The position numbers and the translations under genes were made by a program. From the NCBI GenBank assembly GCA_041690595.1, contig JAWLHB010000019.1, positions 12,335-76,334 of the forward strand: a stretch of DNA of 64,000 nucleotides, in the 5' to 3' direction. Source of the DNA: Lentisphaeria bacterium (lineage in GTDB: Bacteria; Verrucomicrobiota; Lentisphaeria; JABSQK01; JAWLHB01). Each line of letters starts with the position of its first letter. Positions within the stretch are counted from its first letter, which is position 1. The notes under the pieces are model-generated. The model was not told the origin of the DNA. It was given only the letters and a program-made list of their open reading frames with translations, and searched no databases. This document shows positions 18,616 to 28,595 of the stretch, piece after piece.

Positions 18616-21600
18616 TCAGTGGCGTTCGAGAACAAGGGGACCAAAGGCACCGGCGGTAAAGGGCTGGGAGCTTGTCCACTCGCCCGCCACCTTCGTTCCG
18701 GTGTCCGGGCAGATGATCACCTGATGGCGCTGGCCATTCTGTTCGACGTAGCGCACGGCAATTCCTCGCCCGGTTGGTGCACCGTCCACAAGAAGCGGCA
18801 GCTGCTCGAAATCGCGCAGCCGCGGCGCGTGGCCGGTATAGGGCTCCAAGATAGTGAGGAGTGCGCCGCTTTTCGCGTGGATCCGACGAATAAGTTTCGG
18901 GGCCATGAAGTCGGAGCGGTCCTCGGGCTGGGTACGGTTCAGTTCCAGGCGGGTGTAGCCGGCGGCATCGATGTCGCCCGTCATGCCTTTCCAGTCGGAT
19001 ACCACATGTGGCGCGTTAACGCGCAGGAGAACGCCCGGGTCGCCAACGGCAAGCTGCGTCAGACGCATCCTGGCATCTGGCTTGGCCAGATTGTCCCACT
19101 CGACATGCAGCCACTCCGGCGGCACTGCACTGGCGGGATCTTGCAGGCTGGCATAACCGGTCGGGTTACCCTGGCTGTTGGTCTCGGTGCCGAGCGGCCG
19201 GTCCAGCGGCTCGAACGCGAGCGACGAGTGGAGGGTGCCGGCGTTGCTGTAGACCATGTCGTAGTCGTGGGCGGTCGCGCTGTCGAAGAGGTCGAAGAGG
19301 AAGATCAGCCCGTCGTAGAGCATGACGGTCCGTGTTATGGCGACGCCCGGATAGAGGGCCGTCGAGTAGAGAACCGCCCCCTGCACCGGTCCCTCGTCGA
19401 CGAATTCCCGCAGTTCGCATGGGATCTTGAACTGATCCCGGCCATCGACCAGGAGGGTGTTCTCGTGGACGGCGTGATGGCGTCCGCGGCTGCCCTGCTT
19501 CTGGGACATGGTCTGGCCAAGCGCCCACCATTCGAGATGAAGGTTGTCGTGATGACCGTGGCCGAGTTGCGGACCATAGGGAAGCGCGGCCCAGAGCTGG
19601 CGGTCGCCCGTTCCCTGGTTGAAGACAAGGAGGCCGTAGTCGGGGAAGTTGTAGCTGCCCGTGAAGGGAGGTGGGTTGCCGCGCGGGATATTGTCGACCC
19701 CGGCAAAGAGCACGTACCCTTTGGCGAGCACGGCGTTTCCGCCCTGACGCCCGATGCTCTCCCATGGGGTCAGCCAGCGGCTCTCCTGCCATTCGCGGAA
19801 CATGCGTCGCTGCACGCCGTTGATGCTATCGAGATCACCATACCAGGCGTAGCTCAGTTCCATGTGGTCCTCCAGCCGAAGGCTTACCGATGCCCGCGCG
19901 TCGCCCAGGCTGGGAGAGAGCCCGTCGGGATTGAGCCATTGCTGAATGGCGACGGCGTACCGCCTCAGGCCGGGGACCGGCTCCGTCAGGTCGATGCCGG
20001 CGTTGCGATAGGTTTGGAGCACCGGCATCCAGGCCATCATCACGGGCTCCATGTACTGGCCGGCCATGTAGTTGAGGCCATCGGGAAGCATGGTTGCCTG
20101 CAAGGCGGGCAGAGCGCCCATCCGCGGGTCGCGGAGGACGTAGCCGAGCATGTTGGCGTCGCCGCTGAGCAGGCCGACGGCCAGGCCGGCCTCGTTGATG
20201 CGGTGATGGCCCGTGTTGATCATGCGAAAGCGATTGACGGCCATAGCTTGAAGCTCTGCCAGCAGTGCATCCCGATCAGTCGACGCGAGCGCCCCCGAAT
20301 CCCAGATCAGGTCCAGCGAAGCCGCCATCTGATGCAGCCAGCCGCACTGGGAGAAGTAGTTGCCGACCTTGTAGGAGCCCTTGGTGTTGAAACGGGTGAA
20401 CTGCAGAGCCCCGGGGGCGAATGCATAGGGATACGTGGGGAGCACCCGGGCATAGTTGCCGAGAGCCTCGGCTGCCTTGTCGAGGTACTTGCGCTCACCG
20501 GTCAGTCGCCAGGCTACGGCCAGATCGAGGATGTTGCCGCCGCGGTTGAAGCTGATCGTGTGCCCCGGGCGTGGCGCCTTGTCGTTGCCCCCGGCGGTCC
20601 ACCAGTATCCGCTCTCCTGATAGCGCCATCCTCCTTCCGCTCCCGGTTCCAGACGTGGACTGAGCATCTTGCCGCAGGTGAGGCACTGATAGCGCCAGAT
20701 CGCCTCGGGGGTGGTCACCTCGTGAAGCTCGGTCTTGTCGCCGCAGACAGTGCACTGCCTGTCCCCCGGCTGCTCTTCGCGCGGCTCATAGGCGGGCAGC
20801 TCCGTAGGCAGGGTCAATGCGTGGTCAGCGCGCTTGATGTACCAGTCGGAGGCGCTCTTGGCCCATCCCCACTTGCCTCGGCGCTCCTTGGCCCTGGCAA
20901 ACTGCTCGCCGGTGGCGAAGAGATAGGGATGCTGTGGCGTGGCATGCGGCACGGTGGCGAGCAGATCGAGCGCGAAGGCCAGCTCGGGGGCTCCGTTCGG
21001 GATGACGCGCAGGCGCACCCGCTCGCTCCATGCCGGCGGGAGTCCCTCCCGTGCCGCCGCGGGCAGCGTCAGCGTCACGGTGGCGGTTGATGGTTCTTTC
21101 GGGTCAATCGTCATACTCGCTTGCGCCAGCTCGGCACTGAAGTGCGTCAGCGTCGATTCATCCGCCACCAGCTCGACCGGTACGGCTTCATCGCTCTGGT
21201 TACGCAGGATCAGGTCATAGGTGTAGCGCACCCCGCCATCCGGCAGCTCCTCGCACGTGCCCCAGTGCTGGTAGAGATCGGCGATGCAATCGACTTTCAC
21301 CGGATAGCGGATGACGCGGATGTTGTCCATGTAGAGGCGCAGGGTCTGGCCCGCATCGGCCGCGCCATTTACGTTCAGGATGAAGGTCGGCTCGTCGCGG
21401 CGATAGGTGCCCGCCCAGTTGTTCTCGGAGGCATGCATGCCTGCGACATCCGTCACCCACTCCTTCGGACGATAAATGTCGTCGATCTGGTAATAGAGGC
21501 CGAGGTAGCCGCCGAGAAATGGCCACTTGCGGATATCGGTGCTGATGTTGACGCCGCCGCCTTCGACGCGAAAATCGAAAGCCAGAACGTCATAACTGTC

Positions 21601-21864
21601 GAGGTCGAGCGAATTCTCCGGAAAGGTGGTGAGCGTCCAGCTGAACTGGCCCCCTTGGCCAAGATCGAAGAGCAGGCAGGTGCGACCATCCGCGTCGGTG
21701 ACGGCTTGCGGAACGAGGGTCCCCTCCCATTCGGCGGGATCGTCCATGGCACTGATGACCCCATACCCGTCGGCGCCGATAGCGGTGCCGCCGACGGCCA
21801 GGGAGAGGACGAGAAGGAGAAGGGCGTGCGGAAGCTTCATCTGGTGTTGACCTCGGTTGATCAT
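18616..21864 (-). CDS. secreted alginate-lyase/heparinase II/III-like polysaccharide lyase family protein with an N-terminal beta-sandwich domain
   Basis: Signal peptide. KWGWAKSASDWYIKRA is an alginate_lyase-like block. LGHGHHDNLHLEWWALGQ is the Hepar_II_III GHxHxD block. ATGA overlap with the upstream LamG gene. It is a paralog of 25374..28595. Confidence 0.7.
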   Translation of the reverse strand: MINRGQHQMKLPHALLLLVLSLAVGGTAIGADGYGVISAMDDPAEWEGTLVPQAVTDADGRTCLLFDLGQGGQFSWTLTTFPENSLDLDSYDVLAFDFRVEGGGVNISTDIRKWPFLGGYLGLYYQIDDIYRPKEWVTDVAGMHASENNWAGTYRRDEPTFILNVNGAADAGQTLRLYMDNIRVIRYPVKVDCIADLYQHWGTCEELPDGGVRYTYDLILRNQSDEAVPVELVADESTLTHFSAELAQASMTIDPKEPSTATVTLTLPAAAREGLPPAWSERVRLRVIPNGAPELAFALDLLATVPHATPQHPYLFATGEQFARAKERRGKWGWAKSASDWYIKRADHALTLPTELPAYEPREEQPGDRQCTVCGDKTELHEVTTPEAIWRYQCLTCGKMLSPRLEPGAEGGWRYQESGYWWTAGGNDKAPRPGHTISFNRGGNILDLAVAWRLTGERKYLDKAAEALGNYARVLPTYPYAFAPGALQFTRFNTKGSYKVGNYFSQCGWLHQMAASLDLIWDSGALASTDRDALLAELQAMAVNRFRMINTGHHRINEAGLAVGLLSGDANMLGYVLRDPRMGALPALQATMLPDGLNYMAGQYMEPVMMAWMPVLQTYRNAGIDLTEPVPGLRRYAVAIQQWLNPDGLSPSLGDARASVSLRLEDHMELSYAWYGDLDSINGVQRRMFREWQESRWLTPWESIGRQGGNAVLAKGYVLFAGVDNIPRGNPPPFTGSYNFPDYGLLVFNQGTGDRQLWAALPYGPQLGHGHHDNLHLEWWALGQTMSQKQGSRGRHHAVHENTLLVDGRDQFKIPCELREFVDEGPVQGAVLYSTALYPGVAITRTVMLYDGLIFLFDLFDSATAHDYDMVYSNAGTLHSSLAFEPLDRPLGTETNSQGNPTGYASLQDPASAVPPEWLHVEWDNLAKPDARMRLTQLAVGDPGVLLRVNAPHVVSDWKGMTGDIDAAGYTRLELNRTQPEDRSDFMAPKLIRRIHAKSGALLTILEPYTGHAPRLRDFEQLPLLVDGAPTGRGIAVRYVEQNGQRHQVIICPDTGTKVAGEWTSSQPFTAGAFGPLVLERH

Positions 21865-24800
21865 GGGGTGACAGGAAAGCGTGCGGCAGCTTCGAGGGAG
21901 GAGGACAGGTGCCGGCCTGAGACCCGCCAGCTGCCCGCGAGCGCCGTTGTGGGCAGGCGCAGGCGAACCGTCGTCTGGCCGTCCGTCAGGCGATAGATGG
22001 CGGTAGCATCCAGTGGCTGACCATCGGGATCGATAATCTCCAGCCGCACCCCCTGGCGTCCCTGCAACGGTTGACCATCCGCCCCGAGCAGGCGAATACG
22101 CAACTCGGCGATCGCTCCGGGTCGGGCATCGGTGGGGCAGTCGAAGAGCAGTTTCGTGGCCTCTCGCGGATAGATGGCCAGAACCGCCGCAGCGCCCGGA
22201 TCGAGGGGCAGGTGCAGGAGCAATCTGCCGTCGGCGTCGACCTCCGGCATGAGCCGGCGCCCCGCCCGCAGATCGTAGATGACCGCCTCTGGACTCTCCA
22301 GGAGCGAAAGCGTGATGGTCTGCGCCACCCCGACATCCTCCAGCTTGCCGCTGAGCTGACGGACCCGGCCCGCTTCCTTGAATTCCTGCATCTCGTCGAC
22401 AATGTCGGAGCCGATATCTTCACCGCTAAGGTTGCCGGCGATGCTGGCCTCGCTCCACTGGTTGTTGATGGCAAAGACGAAGCGGCTTCCAGGCAGCTCC
22501 TTACTCAGGACGATAGCCTGCCCCTTTTCCAGGCGGGCGTGGGGTTGCAGCTTTGGCCGGAACTCCTCCACCCAGGCGGCACAGGCATCCGCGTCGATGC
22601 TGAATGCCATGCCCTTCCGCTCCGCCGCGATCAGGGGAGCCACGATATCGGCCTCGAAGGCAGGCGATGCCTGGTTATCGAGGATCAGCGTGCCTCCATT
22701 GCCGCGCCAGGCCTGCACGGCCGCGTCGACAGCGGCCATCTGGTAGCGCAACCCGGGAATGTAGAGGTGTCGATAGTGCTGAAGCTCGCCGCTCAGCACC
22801 CGATCCTCATGGAGAAAGTCCACCTGGAGGTCATGATTGGCAAAGAAGCTGGTCACGTCATAGACGAGGCTTCTGTAGGCGTGCCACCACTCGTCATGCC
22901 CCCGCCCGAGCTGATTCGTCTCCGGCATCAGCACGGCGAGATCTGCACGCCGCAGCGGCACATTCCCAACGACCGGGCCCAGGCGTGACAGCTCCGCGAT
23001 GGTGGCCTTGATCCGTTCGGTGCTGCCGGGGCGCAACTGCTCGTGCTCCGCCCAATCCTTCTGCCACCAGCCAAAGCAGCGGACCTCGTCGGCGGGCATG
23101 GCCAGCCCAGTCCACAGGAAAGCGGCGGCCATGTCGCCACTAGGCGGAACTGGGCGTTTCTTCTCGTCGTCCAGATAGATGGCCGGGGAAAAATAGCAGT
23201 GCCCAGTCAGGGGATAATAGGCTTTGCCGGTGGCCTGGGCGGCGGCCAATCCCTGCTTCCAGACGACCATCATGGGGGCCGGGCTGTTGGCGTATCGCCA
23301 GTTGCTCAGCGTATCCGCCCAGGATGCATAGTAGTGCCGGGCCGGTTCCTGGATCATCCGCACCCATGGCGCGGCAGCATGAAGGCGATCGGCCAGTACC
23401 GCGCTGGACAGATTCATGCCATCGCCCTTGTTCATCAGCCACTTGACGTACCGCAGCGGCGCATGATCGTCTGGAACGATACCCGTTTCAGCGAAGGCCG
23501 TGAGGTCGACCTTGGGGCGCACCGCCAGATCGCCCCAGCCGTCCTGTGGCGGGAGGAGCGGCTCCTCCATCGCCAGCTCCGCCTTGAGGGAGGCGAGCGC
23601 GGCCGGCGAGAGATGAACGTCATCGGTGCCGTGCCCTTCGCTGTTGTGAATGCAGGAGATTACCCAGGGAAAGGGTTGTACTGCCTGCGCCAGCCGCGCC
23701 GCATCCGCCCGTGCCAGAGTCAGGTGCTCCGGCGTAGCGGGATGCGGTTCGATGCGGATGTTCCGGAAGTTGACGGAAGCGCGCAGGCCGTGAAGGGCGA
23801 CGAGGTTCAGGTAGTCGGCGCCATGGTTGCGACTGTCGATCACCCCCAGCCCGATTTCGCTCGCCCATTCGAGATCGGCCACGGAGCCCGGCGATCCCCA
23901 GTTGCCGATGGGAAAGCGATCCCGCGCCTCGGCCGGCACAATTCGCACGGGCCACGGCCATCGCTTCGTCGTCCCGTCACTCCGGCTCAGGAGGATGGCC
24001 CCATCCATCGTGCCCGGTGCGTAGCTCCACGGCTCCAGATGGAGGTGAACGGCGGCCCCTTCCGGTTGCCGGGAAAGGCTAGCCGAGGCCCCCGGAATGC
24101 CCGTCAGTTCGACCGTGAGGTCTTGGGGCACCGCCCCCTGCAATGGCAGCACGACGGTTACCCCCTCCTCATCCCTCCGGAAGACATAACGCGCCGGCGG
24201 AGTCATCCAGGGACCTTCGCCCAGCCCCTCGCCGGTCACCTCATCCGGGGTGATTGATTCATTGTAGAAGTGCAAATCGCGGATGGCGCCGCCGACATTG
24301 CGGGCGCGCGGATTGTGCGTCCCGATCCACACCCGGTAGCCCATTCTCTCGCGATCGGGGCGGGCCTTCATCTCGCTGCGCCCCACCAGCTCGCCATCGG
24401 CAAAGACGCGCGCCTCGCTCTCGTCCCACGCGAAGAGGAGGTCGTGCTCCTGTCCGTCCGCGAGAAGCTGCCGCAGCCTGGGAGTGCGAACGGTGGTCCC
24501 CCCTATCCACGACTGGTCGATCAGCATCTCGAGGTCGCCCTGCCAGAAGCTGCCGACGAAGAGTATCGTTCGCTCGCCGCTGATGGGCGAGCCCGGCAAC
24601 TCGTCGAGCTGGAGCTTCAGGGCGACCGCCCCCTGCGTCCACTCCATGGGCAGGAGCGTTGCCGGCAACGTCGGGGGACGTGCCGTCCGTACCGTACCGC
24701 CCGGCATCCATGGGGTTGGCGTAGTCTGAAAAACGGGATAATCTCCCCATGGTTCGAGCTGCAGGCCGGCGAATTCGATTGCTCCTTCGCTCCGGATGCT

Positions 24801-25340
24801 CAGTGACGCCGTGCCCTTCACCTCATGGACGGCAAAGGGAAGGCGTACGCTGAGGCGCTGCCACTCGTTGGTGGCGGCAAGCTCTTCCCATGCTTCCGCT
24901 TCCGCGGCCTCATCCGCGGCAGGCACCCAGGCAAGGCTCATCTCCACCGGCACGCGGGCCCCCTTGGCGGCTCGCGCGTAGACGCTGAAGAGGAGACCGA
25001 AGCGGCCTGGTGCCGCCATCTGCTCCTGGAACTTGTGCTCAACCGGCACCGGCGGACTCTCCCACGCCTGTGCGCCATCGAGCGTCATCGGCCGGAGGCG
25101 ATCGTCGCTGCCTGCCACCGCTTCCGGGAGGAAGTTGCGCCCGGGCAGGGGCATGTGAAGCGCGTAGCCGCCGTTCGCCTGGCTGCTTACGGCCTGATCC
25201 GGCAGCATGACCTCATGCCACGCCAGTGAATTGACCACCATCACCAGCCGATCCGCCCGCACCTCGATGCGCGCAACCGGTTCCGCCCCGAATGTACAGC
25301 TGGCAGCCAGCAAGAGTAGAGACCATCTCAATCCACGCAT
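21861..25340 (-). CDS. large secreted protein with a LamG/ConA-like lectin domain and a glycoside-hydrolase-like region
   Basis: Signal MRGLRWSLLLLAASCTFGAEP, with AAAGGTGA upstream of the ATG. LFAWDESEARVFADGELVGRS is laminin-G-like. At 1159 aa it sits in the operon between the two lyase paralogs. Confidence 0.5.
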   Translation of the reverse strand: MRGLRWSLLLLAASCTFGAEPVARIEVRADRLVMVVNSLAWHEVMLPDQAVSSQANGGYALHMPLPGRNFLPEAVAGSDDRLRPMTLDGAQAWESPPVPVEHKFQEQMAAPGRFGLLFSVYARAAKGARVPVEMSLAWVPAADEAAEAEAWEELAATNEWQRLSVRLPFAVHEVKGTASLSIRSEGAIEFAGLQLEPWGDYPVFQTTPTPWMPGGTVRTARPPTLPATLLPMEWTQGAVALKLQLDELPGSPISGERTILFVGSFWQGDLEMLIDQSWIGGTTVRTPRLRQLLADGQEHDLLFAWDESEARVFADGELVGRSEMKARPDRERMGYRVWIGTHNPRARNVGGAIRDLHFYNESITPDEVTGEGLGEGPWMTPPARYVFRRDEEGVTVVLPLQGAVPQDLTVELTGIPGASASLSRQPEGAAVHLHLEPWSYAPGTMDGAILLSRSDGTTKRWPWPVRIVPAEARDRFPIGNWGSPGSVADLEWASEIGLGVIDSRNHGADYLNLVALHGLRASVNFRNIRIEPHPATPEHLTLARADAARLAQAVQPFPWVISCIHNSEGHGTDDVHLSPAALASLKAELAMEEPLLPPQDGWGDLAVRPKVDLTAFAETGIVPDDHAPLRYVKWLMNKGDGMNLSSAVLADRLHAAAPWVRMIQEPARHYYASWADTLSNWRYANSPAPMMVVWKQGLAAAQATGKAYYPLTGHCYFSPAIYLDDEKKRPVPPSGDMAAAFLWTGLAMPADEVRCFGWWQKDWAEHEQLRPGSTERIKATIAELSRLGPVVGNVPLRRADLAVLMPETNQLGRGHDEWWHAYRSLVYDVTSFFANHDLQVDFLHEDRVLSGELQHYRHLYIPGLRYQMAAVDAAVQAWRGNGGTLILDNQASPAFEADIVAPLIAAERKGMAFSIDADACAAWVEEFRPKLQPHARLEKGQAIVLSKELPGSRFVFAINNQWSEASIAGNLSGEDIGSDIVDEMQEFKEAGRVRQLSGKLEDVGVAQTITLSLLESPEAVIYDLRAGRRLMPEVDADGRLLLHLPLDPGAAAVLAIYPREATKLLFDCPTDARPGAIAELRIRLLGADGQPLQGRQGVRLEIIDPDGQPLDATAIYRLTDGQTTVRLRLPTTALAGSWRVSGRHLSSSLEAAARFPVTP

Positions 25341-25373
25341 TTCGATCACCTTTCAGTTGGTTTGAGCGGTTGG

Positions 25374-28300
25374 CTATTCCGCCAGCCCCATGGGCGTGGC
25401 ATTGAAGGACGCTCTCGTACGAATCCCGCCATACTCCTTGATGCCCGCCGACGGACAGATCATGATCAGATGCACCAGGCCGTCGATGACCATTCTGTAT
25501 GCCACCCCCTCCGGGGCCTCGACCAACGCACCATCGAGCCGCAAGTCCACTGGCTCCACGCTGGTAATGCGGGACTCTCCACGACAGGGCTCGAGAAAGC
25601 TGAAGAAGGCTGCGCGCTCACCCTGGCGTCGAGCGATCAGCATGGGGCCGCGCAACTGCGTCTTGACGTCTTTCGGGAAGGGCTTCTCTTCACGGTAGAC
25701 TGCGGCAGGATCGGCGACCAGTTGCGACCAGCGCGTATCCAGAGGACCCTCAGCCAGGAACAATTCGGCGGGGTTTCCGGTATCGGCGGCGAGGAAGAGA
25801 CGCACCTGCACCTCTTCGCCGGTCTTCAGCCCGTCCCACTGCACCTTCAGGGGGGAGGTCAATTGGGCGCGCCGAATGTCGGTCAGGGTCGCATAGCCGG
25901 TGGGCGCGCCGTGGAAGGAGGGAATCTCACTGCGTTCACTGCCAAGCGCTGGCGCGGGAGCGGCGTCGAGGTCGGTGATCATGCGTCCGGCGTTTTTGTA
26001 GACGAAGTCGTAGGTATGGGTCCCTTCGGACGAACTCAGCCGATCGAGGAAGAAGATGAGGCCATCGTAAAGCATCACCGTGCGTTCGACGGTGGTACCC
26101 GGGTACATGCTATCGTGCACGACCACTGCCCCCTGAACCGGGCCCCGGCCGGACCATTCGGCGACTCGTCCGGCGACATTGCGCTGATCCTGCTGGTCGA
26201 CGAGCAGGGTGTTGTGGGTGACGGGGTGGCTCCACCACGGGGCGCTGCACGCGGTGGCATAACCACCTCCCTTCTTGGTCATCTTCTGCCCCATGGCCCA
26301 CCACTCCACGTGCAGCTTGTCGTGGTGGCCATGCCCGAGAGGTCTGCCATACGGCATGGCCAGCCAGAGCTGCTTGTCACCGCTTCCCTGGTTGAAGATG
26401 AGGATGCCATAGTCATGATAGTCTCGGGAGAATCTGGTCATGTCGGGCTTGTCGCGGGGAATGGTTTCCGCTCCGTAGAGCAGGACCGGCGAGAAGCGGG
26501 TGACGCGGGGAATCTCCTCCCAGTTCAAGCCAGGCCGCCTCTGCCAGGTGGCAAAGAGGCTTTCCTGCAGGGGAAGGGCCATGCGCGGGTCACCGAACTT
26601 CGCGTATCCCTGTTCGAAATACCAGAGAATGCTCGCCTCTCTGTAGCTGACCCAGGTGCTGTCGCCCAGATCGGGCGAATTGCCCTCAGGATCGGCCCAT
26701 TCGTACCATGCGGTGAAGAAGCCGCGCAGTTCTTCGCTGTAGAGGTTGATGCCGGCATTGTCGTAGCGGGCGACGGCAGGGAGAATGGTGCTCATGAGCG
26801 GCACCTGGTACTGAGGGGCCATGTAGGACATGCCATCCTTCAGCATGTGCGCGGCGAGGTACTTGCGAAAGCCGAATTCACCTTCCACGATGAAGGCGGC
26901 GAGGGGGGCATCGTCAGCCAGAAGGGCATATCCGCCGGCAAACTCGTTGACCCGGTGAACCATGTAGTTCTCCAGCCGCAGGCGGTTGTGGATGATCGGT
27001 CGCATCACCTTCTCCAGGAAGTCGCGCCGCTCCGTCTCCGATAGGCAGTTGCTGTCCCAGATCAAGTCGAGGGCGTCGGCCATTGCCGCGCACCAGCCGA
27101 ACTCGGGAAAGAAGTTGCCGACGCGGCTGGCCGTCTTGCTGTTGAAGATGGAATAGGCCTCGAGCCGCACCACGGGATAATCCGGCACCACCCGAATCGC
27201 GGCGCGAAAGAACTCGGCGGCCTTCTCGGCGTACTTGCGGTCACCGGTAAGTTGCCAGGCAAGCGCGAGGTCGACGATGGTCCCGTTGGGCGAAATGGCA
27301 AAATTCTGCCCCACGGGCTCCTCCGCCGGCACGCGGTAGTCGGCCCACCAGGCCATGCTGCCTGGAGCGCGCAGCTCCCATTTGGGGCTCAGCATCTGGC
27401 CGCATGTCAGGCACTGGAAGCGGTCCAGCGAGATCGGGTCGGTGACGGTGTAGAGCTTCGTCTCGTCCTTGCATGCGGGGCAGATGCGGTCCTCGGCAGC
27501 TTCCGGACGGGGCTTGGCCTCGGGCAGGTTGGTGTCATAGCCCATGACCGTCTCGGCCCGGGTGATGATCAGATTCGCTCCCTGCTTTGCCCATCCCCAT
27601 TTCCCGATCCATCCTTTTACCGCCGCCAGGTGAGCGGAGGTTGTGGAGAGGCAGGGATGAGGTGGCAACTTGTGTGGCACGGCTGGCCACAGTTCCAGGC
27701 CGTAGTCGCTGTCCACCACGCCGGGGATGTCGAAACGTATACCGCAGATCTCGTGGTAAAGCGGCTTGAGCATGCCGCGTGCCGACGCCGGCAGCGTGAT
27801 CGACACGGGGAATATCTCCGTCGCTCCGGCCGCCATCTGGCGTTCCGCGTCTGCCGTCTCCAGGACGAATTGCTCCAGCCTGCTCCCGTCCACGCGCATC
27901 CGAACCGTCTGCTGCACCGATGACCGATTGGTGACTTCCAGATCGTAGCGGTAGGTCACCGAACCGTCGGCATGATCGACACGCTCGCCAAACTCCAGGA
28001 AGCGATCGTCGATGTCGCAGGCAACATGAATGAGCCGCCTGACGAAGCGGACATTGTCGAGGTAAAGCCGCACATCGTCATCGTCTGCCTTGGCGTAGAT
28101 GCTGAAGTCGAAGAGTTGCTGTTCTGGATCGAAGCCGCCGCGGATGTTCTCTGCTTCCCGGAGGTTGACCACCTTCTCCGTCCACTGGTCGGGATAGACA
28201 AAGGTATCCTTGAGCGGGTAGTACTCGAGCATGAAGCCGCCCAGAAAGGGCCACTGCCGGATGAGATGATCCAGCGTCACGCGCCCACCGTGGACCTTGT

Positions 28301-28595
28301 AGTCGAACTTGATGATGTCGTAGTCGCTGAGCTGGATTCCTTTGGCGGCGAACTCCCTGAAGCGAACTTTGAACTCGCCGCCCTTGCCCATGGCGATCAG
28401 CATGGCCTGCGTTCCTTCGGATGCATCTTCAGTCGCTTCAAAGGGGCCTTCCCAAACGGAGAGATCTTCCATGTCCGACAGGATGGCCACATGGGGCTGC
28501 TCGGCGGCGACCAGGACGCCCGCCAGAGCGAGAAGCACCACGATCCTGTGTGCACCCCTCGAAAGTGCCCGCGTCGCGCTGATCGGCTCAGCCAT
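25374..28595 (-). CDS. secreted alginate-lyase/heparinase II/III-like polysaccharide lyase family protein (paralog of 18616..21864)
   Basis: Signal peptide from MAEPIS...VVLLALAGVLVAAEQ. GKWGWAKQGANLIITRA and LGHGHHDKLHVEWWAMGQ are collinear with the paralog, including the CxxC-X22-CxxC insertion. Confidence 0.7.
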   Translation of the reverse strand: MAEPISATRALSRGAHRIVVLLALAGVLVAAEQPHVAILSDMEDLSVWEGPFEATEDASEGTQAMLIAMGKGGEFKVRFREFAAKGIQLSDYDIIKFDYKVHGGRVTLDHLIRQWPFLGGFMLEYYPLKDTFVYPDQWTEKVVNLREAENIRGGFDPEQQLFDFSIYAKADDDDVRLYLDNVRFVRRLIHVACDIDDRFLEFGERVDHADGSVTYRYDLEVTNRSSVQQTVRMRVDGSRLEQFVLETADAERQMAAGATEIFPVSITLPASARGMLKPLYHEICGIRFDIPGVVDSDYGLELWPAVPHKLPPHPCLSTTSAHLAAVKGWIGKWGWAKQGANLIITRAETVMGYDTNLPEAKPRPEAAEDRICPACKDETKLYTVTDPISLDRFQCLTCGQMLSPKWELRAPGSMAWWADYRVPAEEPVGQNFAISPNGTIVDLALAWQLTGDRKYAEKAAEFFRAAIRVVPDYPVVRLEAYSIFNSKTASRVGNFFPEFGWCAAMADALDLIWDSNCLSETERRDFLEKVMRPIIHNRLRLENYMVHRVNEFAGGYALLADDAPLAAFIVEGEFGFRKYLAAHMLKDGMSYMAPQYQVPLMSTILPAVARYDNAGINLYSEELRGFFTAWYEWADPEGNSPDLGDSTWVSYREASILWYFEQGYAKFGDPRMALPLQESLFATWQRRPGLNWEEIPRVTRFSPVLLYGAETIPRDKPDMTRFSRDYHDYGILIFNQGSGDKQLWLAMPYGRPLGHGHHDKLHVEWWAMGQKMTKKGGGYATACSAPWWSHPVTHNTLLVDQQDQRNVAGRVAEWSGRGPVQGAVVVHDSMYPGTTVERTVMLYDGLIFFLDRLSSSEGTHTYDFVYKNAGRMITDLDAAPAPALGSERSEIPSFHGAPTGYATLTDIRRAQLTSPLKVQWDGLKTGEEVQVRLFLAADTGNPAELFLAEGPLDTRWSQLVADPAAVYREEKPFPKDVKTQLRGPMLIARRQGERAAFFSFLEPCRGESRITSVEPVDLRLDGALVEAPEGVAYRMVIDGLVHLIMICPSAGIKEYGGIRTRASFNATPMGLAE

